DNA from: an uncultured Acidobacteriota bacterium
GTDB lineage: Bacteria; Acidobacteriota; Blastocatellia; RBC074
Direction of reading: 5' to 3'
Length of the DNA stretch: 64,000 bases
Assembly: GCA_963796275.1 (NCBI GenBank)
Contig: CAWCKY010000001.1
Span: 352,001 to 416,000 of the forward strand
Part shown: positions 30,131 to 37,284 of the stretch, one piece after another
How positions within the stretch are numbered: position 1 is the first letter of the stretch
Layout: every line of letters begins with the position of its first letter
The notes under the pieces: generated by a model
What the model saw: the letters and a program-made list of their open reading frames with translations, nothing else
Database searches by the model: none
What the model was told of the DNA's origin: nothing
Position numbers and translations under genes: made by a program

Positions 30131-30314
30131 CTATTGCTCCTCGCATTGTATGGCGGGCACATCGAACATATTATCTCACAATATCCCGACAAACCTTCCT
30201 TGTACGGTAGCTGAAATTTAATTTCCGCGAGACTTTTCATTCACACCTTTCACGTTATAATCACGCGGTTTCGCTTTACATAGATAAATTAATCCTCGAT
30301 AAAATCAAATTTGC

Positions 30315-31160
30315 ATGCCATCGATCGAAGATTATCAACAGCTGCCGGTATCAGAATTGAAAGTCTTATTTCTGGACGGCCGGGAACCGATACCAAAGGG
30401 GTTGCTCGAAGCGTTTGAAGCGGACGCGCGGCGCGGGGTGCGCGATCTGGCCGCGAAGATACGTTTGAGGCGCCAGAGCAATCGGACGGAGGGGCAACGG
30501 CTGCGTCGACTCTTGACATATGAAAAAGAGCTATGGGAGCAGGGCTTTGAATTTATTGCGGGAGTCGACGAAGCCGGAATCGGCCCGTTGGCCGGGCCAG
30601 TGGTCTCCGGCGCTGTGATCCTTCCCCGAAATTGTAAACTTCGCGAGCTCGATGATTCGAAATTACTTGATCAGGAGACGCGCGAAAGTCTCGCTCGCCA
30701 GATCAAAGAAAACGCGATCGCATGGGCAACCGGGATTGCCGAGGTGGAAGAAATCGATCGTTTGAACATCTATCATGCGGGTTTGCTCTCGATGCGGCGC
30801 GCGGTCGAGTCGCTGAATTTACCGCCGCACTTCATCCTGGTCGACGCCCGGACAATTCCCGGGTGTTCGGTCGAGCAACGCGGAATCATCTGCGGAGATC
30901 GGCTATCAGCGAGCATCGCCGCGGCTTCGATCATCGCAAAAACGACGCGTGACGCTATGATGGCTGAGTTCGATAAAAAATACCCCGGCTATGGATTTGC
31001 CTCGCACAAAGGCTACTCGACGCCCGGACATTTCAAGATGTTGCAGCAGCTGGGCGCATCACCGATTCATCGGCGCAGTTATCGTCCGGTACGCGAAGCG
31101 CTGGGTCTTGATCCGATTCAGGCGGCGCTTTTTGAAACGGATGGCGATCTGAAAGACTAA
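30315..31160 (+). CDS. rnhB: Ribonuclease HII with an N-terminal extension
   Basis: AGVDEAGIGPLAGPVV, DSK, SIAAASIIAKTTRD, HKGYST and HRRSY motifs. Confidence 0.93.
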   Translation: MPSIEDYQQLPVSELKVLFLDGREPIPKGLLEAFEADARRGVRDLAAKIRLRRQSNRTEGQRLRRLLTYEKELWEQGFEFIAGVDEAGIGPLAGPVVSGAVILPRNCKLRELDDSKLLDQETRESLARQIKENAIAWATGIAEVEEIDRLNIYHAGLLSMRRAVESLNLPPHFILVDARTIPGCSVEQRGIICGDRLSASIAAASIIAKTTRDAMMAEFDKKYPGYGFASHKGYSTPGHFKMLQQLGASPIHRRSYRPVREALGLDPIQAALFETDGDLKD

Positions 31161-31243
31161 CACTCAACAACGAAGAGATAGAGCGAAAATTTCCGCAATT
31201 CATATCCTCATCTCTTTGTCATTTCTTTTTTGAGGTCAGCACG

Positions 31244-32251
31244 ATGGCAACGAAGATCAATCATCAGTGGCGTCTGGCAGCCCGCCCGGTCGGAATGATA
31301 AAAGAATCCGATTTCAAGTGGAGTGAAGAGGCTATTCCTGCGCCCGCAGAGAACCAGGTGCTGGTTCGTAATCTCTATCTCTCACTCGATCCAGCCAATC
31401 GCGGATGGATACAGGAAGAAGGGTCGTACATGGCGCCTATCCCTCTCGGCGCCGTGATGGCGGGCAGCACGGTTGGAGTCGTCGAAGAATCGCACCACCC
31501 GAACTTTCAACCTGGTGAGAACGTCCAGGGGTTTCTCGGTTGGCAGGAATATGCCGCCACCGACGGCGCGACGCTGAACAAACTGCCCAGCAATCCAGCC
31601 ATTCCGTTAACCGCATATTTGGGTCTGTTCGGTCATATCGGTCTGACGGCATATTTCGGCCTGCTCGACATTACGCATCCTAAGGAAGGAGATACGCTGG
31701 TTGTCTCGGCTGCCGCAGGCGCCGTCGGCTCGATCGTCGGGCAGATCGGAAAAATAAAGGGATGCCGCGTCGTAGGCATCGCCGGCAACGATGAGAAATG
31801 CCGATGGATCACCGAAGAACTGGGCTTCGATCAGGCGATCAACTATAAAAAGGATAAGCTACGCGAGGCGCTCAAGAGGGCGTGCCCTAATGGCATTGAC
31901 ATCTATTTCGATAATGTCGGTGGCGAAATCCTCGGTGCCGTACTGAGCCTTATCAATATGCATGCGCGAATCAGCGTCTGCGGTATGATATCGCAGTACA
32001 ATGCGACCGCGCCCGCCCCAGGTCCTAATAACATCATCAACATTCTGACCAAACGCGCGAAGATGGAAGGCTTTATCGTGATCGATTATTTGCATCGCGC
32101 CCACGAGGCCATACCGGAGTTGACCAAGTGGTACATGGAAGGCCGACTCAAATACCGCGTGGACGTCGTCGAAGGGCTGGAAAATGCGCCCCGCGCAGTC
32201 AATAAACTCTTCGACGGATCGAATCAAGGCAAGTTGATCATCAAGATTTGA
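31244..32251 (+). CDS. NADP-dependent oxidoreductase, MDR family (CurA/prostaglandin-reductase-like)
   Basis: YLSLDPANR, GLTAYFGL, VSAAAGAVGS, YFDNVGG and CGMISQYN motifs. Confidence 0.9.
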   Translation: MATKINHQWRLAARPVGMIKESDFKWSEEAIPAPAENQVLVRNLYLSLDPANRGWIQEEGSYMAPIPLGAVMAGSTVGVVEESHHPNFQPGENVQGFLGWQEYAATDGATLNKLPSNPAIPLTAYLGLFGHIGLTAYFGLLDITHPKEGDTLVVSAAAGAVGSIVGQIGKIKGCRVVGIAGNDEKCRWITEELGFDQAINYKKDKLREALKRACPNGIDIYFDNVGGEILGAVLSLINMHARISVCGMISQYNATAPAPGPNNIINILTKRAKMEGFIVIDYLHRAHEAIPELTKWYMEGRLKYRVDVVEGLENAPRAVNKLFDGSNQGKLIIKI

Positions 32252-32278
32252 AGTACTTATAAAATAGGAGAAAGTGTA

Positions 32279-32599
32279 GTGACTGAACAGAACAGGAATT
32301 TTACTATCGAAGAATTTACAGACGGGATGCGAGAAAGACTCGGCGAAAATTCCGGCCTGGATGCCACTATCAAGTTCGTCTTCAACGATGGGGGAATTAT
32401 CTTCATTGACGGCAAGTCGATACCGAACAATGTGACTAACAATGATGGCCCGGCAGACGTGACGTTGAAGATGTCGATTGACACCTTGAACAAGCTTCAG
32501 CGTAAAGAAGTCAATCCGATGATGGCTGCGATGGTGGGTCAGATCAAAGTGGAAGGAAACGTTATGGTAGCGATGAAGCTGGATCAAATCTTGGGATGA
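32279..32599 (+). CDS. SCP2 sterol-binding domain protein
   Basis: ADVTLKMS...NPMMAAMVGQIKVEGNVMVAMKL pattern; GTG start with GGAG RBS. Confidence 0.85.
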   Translation: MTEQNRNFTIEEFTDGMRERLGENSGLDATIKFVFNDGGIIFIDGKSIPNNVTNNDGPADVTLKMSIDTLNKLQRKEVNPMMAAMVGQIKVEGNVMVAMKLDQILG

Positions 32600-32725
32600 A
32601 TGGGAAAACCGACCATCGGTTGTCTTCGATTTTGCCGGTCTGTGACTTAGGAAGTAATGTCGAAAAGGCTTCGGCTCGAGGGATATAGGGTGATTGAGGG
32701 CTGGATAGCGATCTGTAATTACAAC

Positions 32726-32762
32726 GAGTGACGGGTGGCAAATGGTCTTGCCCCCGTCACTC
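32726..32762. terminator. Hairpin between the convergent SCP2 gene and lanthipeptide precursor genes
   Basis: GAGTGACGGG-TGGCAA...TTGCC-CCCGTCACTC stem; no strong U tract. Confidence 0.45.
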
Positions 32763-32885
32763 ACCTGGGTATACTGACGGATGGCTCGCCCAAATAAAGT
32801 AACTTATTTTCAGGAAGCCACTTGATCCTGTAAGACTCAGACAGGCACATCAGAGTCCGATAGATCAAAAATCCGTCAACCTATT

Positions 32886-33092
32886 TCAGCGGTTGCTACA
32901 AGAGGGGGCACAACCATTGATGCCGAATACTACAACTGTGCCGAATATGGTATAAGGCTCTTTAGAATCCATACGCGAAACCTCCACCACACCGGCGGGA
33001 TTTTCCGGCAATGCTCGTAGTTCATCAGCACTCAAACTCATACGATAGTCATCGTCTTTCCAAGCGCGGATGATTTTGTCTGTTTCATGCAT
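32886..33092 (-). CDS. lanA: Class II lanthipeptide precursor A3 (mersacidin/lichenicidin-type leader)
   Basis: Leader IIRAWKDDDYRMSLSADELRALPENPAG; C-terminus YTIFGTVVVFGINGCAPSCSNR with Ser/Thr and 2 Cys; RBS AAAGGAG. Confidence 0.88.
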   Translation of the reverse strand: MHETDKIIRAWKDDDYRMSLSADELRALPENPAGVVEVSRMDSKEPYTIFGTVVVFGINGCAPSCSNR

Positions 33093-33125
33093 AACTAAAC
33101 TCCTTTTGTAATGTGGTTGATCGGG

Positions 33126-33311
33126 TTAGCAAAATGGAGTGAAACCGAATTGACTGGTAAAGAAACGGCCCGAAGCGCTATTTAAAATTGACTCGGAAAC
33201 CTCCACCACTCCGGCGGGGTTCTCGGGCAATTTCTGCTGCTCTTCAGCGCCCAAGTCCATGCGATATTCGTCATCTTTCCAAGCACGAATGATTATTTCT
33301 ACATCCTGCAT
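33126..33311 (-). CDS. lanA: Class II lanthipeptide precursor A2
   Basis: Leader IIRAWKDDEYR...LPENPAG; ends SASGRFFTSQFGFTPFC; RBS AAAGGAG. Confidence 0.9.
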   Translation of the reverse strand: MQDVEIIIRAWKDDEYRMDLGAEEQQKLPENPAGVVEVSESILNSASGRFFTSQFGFTPFC

Positions 33312-33344
33312 AATTAAACTCCTTTTGTAATGTGGTTGATCGTT

Positions 33345-33530
33345 TTAGCAACTGGGAGTGAAAGCGAGTTGACTGGTAAAGAAACGGCTCGAAGCATTAT
33401 TTAAAATCGACTCGGAAACCTCCACCACTCCGGCGGGGTTCTCGGGCAATTTCTGCTGCTCATCAGCGCCCAAGTCCATGCGATATTCGTCATCTTTCCA
33501 AGCACGAATGATTATTTCTACATCCTGCAT
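33345..33530 (-). CDS. lanA: Class II lanthipeptide precursor A1
   Basis: Leader nearly identical to A2; ends NASSRFFTSQLAFTPSC; RBS AAAGGAG. Confidence 0.9.
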   Translation of the reverse strand: MQDVEIIIRAWKDDEYRMDLGADEQQKLPENPAGVVEVSESILNNASSRFFTSQLAFTPSC

Positions 33531-33724
33531 AACTAAACTCCTTTTGTAATATAGTTTATGTGTTAATAGCCCGACCGAACTTAGACAATGAGTCCAGGGT
33601 TATTATCTGATTCTCAATGTCCAGGCCGTATCTGACCATTGCGATTGAGGGGGAGCGTAGCAAGTGCTTCATCAGTCCAGTTCTGTAATTGGTAGCTTCC
33701 AGCCTCTGATTCAAAACACAAAGA

Positions 33725-36700
33725 TTACGTTGATAGCGTAAGAACCGAAGGAATACGAACTGGCTCGGCTATGCGCAACAACCCATAACCGATGCCGGCC
33801 AGTCCTGTCATCAGCCCCGCTGATTCAACCCCCGCGGCCACGCCACAGGAGGGCCCATGAATTTCCAAATCCTGGAGGATGATGGCCGAGAGGCGTCCAA
33901 TATTCGTCCCCAGCGTCCCATCGTCGTCATCCAGTTTGGCACGAGCCTCTAATAGAAATTCGAGATTACCCAGGTCTCCATGACACAAAGAATGGTTATG
34001 ACCGAACCCATAGTCGAGCGTGCGTTCCAGGGCAGCTCGTATCTCTGCGCGCGTCTCTTCGTCATCGAGCTGTGTGAGCGAGTCAAGTCGCCCCAGTCCG
34101 ATTCCAGGTGCGCCGTGGCACCAGGCCGTCATAATATGCTCCTGCTCGTCTTGTGCTGCAGGGCTCTGCGGTTGACCCTGACTCGGAGCTAACCACCCCC
34201 GATCTGATGGCGAAAAGAGGCTCCGCTCATACTCGATAGCTGCGACTGCTGCACTGCGATAGCAATCCACACTGGCACTGGCCACACCGGTCGCCGCCGC
34301 CAACTTCAAAAGCGCCCAGGCAATACCCGCGGCCCCATGCGAGAAGCCCGGCAACGGGGTCTCTCCCATAACTCGCCCGCACCAACCTAGGCCCTGCTCC
34401 ATCGGTTTACCACAGGCGATCAGTCGATCTCCGCACTGAGCGGCGACGGCCAGACTGCGTGGCGACCCGGTGAAGTGATGTAAGCTCAGCAACCCGCCGA
34501 TGCAGCCGGCAGAACCCGCGATTACGTCATAGTTCTCATCCCTCTCGATCAGATGGGAAACCAGATCGATGAGGTCTTCCGCTTGCTCGAAGAAAACCTT
34601 CTCACGCCATAGCGCCCCGAGACGCGTCAGGGCATAGATCACTCCCCCCCAACCGCTAAAGCCGCCAATCGAGATCGATGACCGCAGTCTCTCAACTTGT
34701 CGTTCCATCTTTCTGGAAGCGGCTCGCGCCAGAGCGGTGTAACGCTCTTCCCCGGTGATGTCTCCCAGGCAGGCGAGAAAAAGAGTAACGCCCGGCACAC
34801 CGCCATAGAGATCGACTCCCAATGGCCTCAACGACCAGGAGCGTTCATTGACCGAGGTCAAGCCGATCCAGGTAGCATCGTCTCCGCCGCGTATAGCCAG
34901 CTGCTCCAAACGATCCCCAATCCGGCTCGCCATTTTCAGAAGGGCCGCACGCTCAACCGGGGATGAAGGAGATTGCGGCTCGGATGTGCGAGACATCGGT
35001 CCCCGATAACGCGACAGATCCAGAGAGGGCGACGTCAATGAAGCGCGAATGAACCATAGCTGTCTCTCCCAATCTTCCCCGCTCAACTCTGAGACCAGAG
35101 CGCGCGTCCGGTCCAGCCCCGATTCCTGCATCCAGCCCGGAATCCGCCGGCCGGCGCTGCTCCATAAATCGAGGGCAGAGACGCGGGTGGTGAAGATCGG
35201 GATGTCGCCGCGTTGTAGATCGTCGCGCTCATCTGGAATCACGCGAGCCAGCTCAGGCTCGTGCTCCGCAGCCACCCAGAGCTGGTCGAAGAATCGCTCA
35301 CGGTCAAGTCCGCGACGCAACAGATTGGGATGATGGCTCTCGTGCAGCAGGCGGCCGTAAGTGAGGGTTGGACGCAAGATGACGCGAACCTCGTCATCTG
35401 CAAAACGCGCCAGAGGACCGTTTTCAGCCAATAGCTCACGACTATGGTTTTGAAGTGCGCGATAGATGCTCGTGAAGCCGGCAACAATGGCCTCGCTGAA
35501 TTCCGGCAAGTCAACTTCAGCCCCGTTTAGAGATGCCCGATTCTGCCCGGGCGGTATCACTTTTCGCTTGCGCGAAATCTTCATCTCATCAGTTCCGGCC
35601 TCTTCCACCTGGGGTACTTCGAACGGAGTGAGTTGGCCGGGAGCCCCGCCCAGGCCGCTGAGATCAACCCCTTGCCCTTCTTCGTCGAGCCATATTTGAC
35701 GGGGAAGCAGGCCGACGCGCAACACAGATCGTTCCATACACTCATCGGCCAACCAATCCGATTCGGTTCCTGGAGCAGAGACGAGGGCAGGATGAAAGAG
35801 CGATTCCAGATCGACCGGAACCGGATGCTCTCCGGCAGCAATCAGGTTCTCCAGATGAAAATCGGTGGCTCGAAGCACATAGAGCAACGCGAGATATTCG
35901 CCCTGGCGTCGATAAAAGCGTTCGACCTCAGCCATAGATGAGCAGCTTGCGGGAGCAACAAATTCTTCCCATCCATACTTTCCGCGATCGAGCACCTTCA
36001 GTGTTCGCAGCGGCGGATCGGCGCCGCGTTCATTCAACCACTCGAGCAGTTCCTGAAAGTGAAGATCAACCGCGAGCGATCTTGGTTTATAGACGATCTT
36101 GAAACCGGAGCTGAACGCCGCAATCAACACGGAACGCCCTTCCCTATGTGAATCTCCGTTTCCGGTCTGTATCTCCGACAAGACTCCCAGGTCCAGCCCC
36201 GCACCAAACTCCGTCTGTATAACATCCCAGTCATGACAGAGGTGCTGCAGGAATTCGAGACTGTAGTTGAGCCAGCAATCGATGCGAGTCGTGATCTGCC
36301 GTGCCAGCACCGGGTACTCTTCCAACAACGCCAACATCCTGTCCGAATTACGCAGATTCTCCAGAAAACTGTTGAATCTCGCTTCCGGGGTATCCCCGCT
36401 AAGCTGGCCGCGTAGCCGCGCGACATTGAGCTCAAGGATCAACGTCGGCACTAGCATTTGAACGATCGGTCGCAACAGGCCCGGGATAAATTTGGCATCG
36501 ATGGTTTGCGGGTCGAAAGGCAATCTCCGCTGCTCCCGAATCATCGCTTCAATCCCGGCGCGTAGACGATCGAGCGCGTGACTGAGCAGCGGTTCGATTA
36601 CAAACAAAAACTTCCATTGATCCGGCCCGGTCTTCCCATCCAGCGAAGCGGTTGCTAACTCGAGTCTACCGTTCCACTCATTCTGATCGCTCTTGTCGCT

Positions 36701-37003
36701 GAAAGCCTCGCTCAGTTGCCGAAGCCAGGCGGGTGGAATTGGACAACGCTCATGCAGCGACTCAACCGTCTCTCCCAACAAATATTTCAACTCTTCTTCA
36801 GTGATTCCGTCCATATCCAACCGCTGAAAGAAGAGTGCATCTTTGTCGAAAGGAGCCTGTGAGCGCCATCTTTCCAGCAGCCGCTCGGCGCGCTCGCTCT
36901 CTATTTCTCGTGATGATGATGATGGATGTGGGTAAGCGCGCAACGATGTACGGCGCTCTGTGAGAGTCAATGCCTCATACCAGGCAAGAGATCGTGCAAT
37001 CAT
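33725..37003 (-). CDS. lanM: Class II lanthipeptide synthetase LanM
   Basis: Dehydratase motifs GDSHREG, VYKPRSL, GWEEFV, TDFHLENLIA, VDLESLF, RVILRPT and GDIPIF; cyclase motifs DLYGG, GFSHGAAG, WCHGAPG and LCHGDLG (Zn ligands Cys/Cys/His present). Confidence 0.96.
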   Translation of the reverse strand: MIARSLAWYEALTLTERRTSLRAYPHPSSSSREIESERAERLLERWRSQAPFDKDALFFQRLDMDGITEEELKYLLGETVESLHERCPIPPAWLRQLSEAFSDKSDQNEWNGRLELATASLDGKTGPDQWKFLFVIEPLLSHALDRLRAGIEAMIREQRRLPFDPQTIDAKFIPGLLRPIVQMLVPTLILELNVARLRGQLSGDTPEARFNSFLENLRNSDRMLALLEEYPVLARQITTRIDCWLNYSLEFLQHLCHDWDVIQTEFGAGLDLGVLSEIQTGNGDSHREGRSVLIAAFSSGFKIVYKPRSLAVDLHFQELLEWLNERGADPPLRTLKVLDRGKYGWEEFVAPASCSSMAEVERFYRRQGEYLALLYVLRATDFHLENLIAAGEHPVPVDLESLFHPALVSAPGTESDWLADECMERSVLRVGLLPRQIWLDEEGQGVDLSGLGGAPGQLTPFEVPQVEEAGTDEMKISRKRKVIPPGQNRASLNGAEVDLPEFSEAIVAGFTSIYRALQNHSRELLAENGPLARFADDEVRVILRPTLTYGRLLHESHHPNLLRRGLDRERFFDQLWVAAEHEPELARVIPDERDDLQRGDIPIFTTRVSALDLWSSAGRRIPGWMQESGLDRTRALVSELSGEDWERQLWFIRASLTSPSLDLSRYRGPMSRTSEPQSPSSPVERAALLKMASRIGDRLEQLAIRGGDDATWIGLTSVNERSWSLRPLGVDLYGGVPGVTLFLACLGDITGEERYTALARAASRKMERQVERLRSSISIGGFSGWGGVIYALTRLGALWREKVFFEQAEDLIDLVSHLIERDENYDVIAGSAGCIGGLLSLHHFTGSPRSLAVAAQCGDRLIACGKPMEQGLGWCGRVMGETPLPGFSHGAAGIAWALLKLAAATGVASASVDCYRSAAVAAIEYERSLFSPSDRGWLAPSQGQPQSPAAQDEQEHIMTAWCHGAPGIGLGRLDSLTQLDDEETRAEIRAALERTLDYGFGHNHSLCHGDLGNLEFLLEARAKLDDDDGTLGTNIGRLSAIILQDLEIHGPSCGVAAGVESAGLMTGLAGIGYGLLRIAEPVRIPSVLTLST

Positions 37004-37225
37004 CAGGAATGAGCTCTAATTGAATTTGAAGATGTTTTATTTGATGCTGCGAGGCATTCAGCATCGGGGGAGGAGAGATTGAGATAAGTCATCCCACAAC
37101 AAAAGTGCAGTAGAACACGATTATGTCACGTGTTTTTTTTTGAACATTGAGTCGATTCTTTCTAATCTGAACCATCTAGTCGGGCGATGGCGGTTGGGGG
37201 GGATGGCTGAAGATCAAGCGAATCA

Positions 37226-37272
37226 GCATAGTAGCTGCTCAGCACATTCATGGGCCTGAGCAGCTACTATGC
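37226..37272. terminator. Perfect 17-bp hairpin just downstream of the M2 peptidase gene
   Basis: GCATAGTAGCTGCTCAG / CTGAGCAGCTACTATGC with a 13-nt loop. Confidence 0.6.
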
Positions 37273-37284
37273 ATATTTTAGAAG

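Larger units (their letters stand above)
32886..33550 (-). repeat. Tandem triplication of the precursor gene unit, period 219 bp
   Basis: Start codons at 33530, 33311 and 33092, each preceded by ATTACAAAAGGAGTTTA(G/A)TT; both intergenic spacers are 33 nt. Confidence 0.9.

Noticed and set aside
32886-33550. Regularly spaced repeats as a possible CRISPR array
   Set aside because: The period is 219 bp, each unit is a protein-coding precursor gene with an RBS, and there are no cas genes.
33556-33672. 38-codon minus-strand ORF (MKHLLRSPS...) between lanM and A1 as an immunity peptide
   Set aside because: It has no convincing RBS, no TM or lipoprotein features, and its length is expected by chance.
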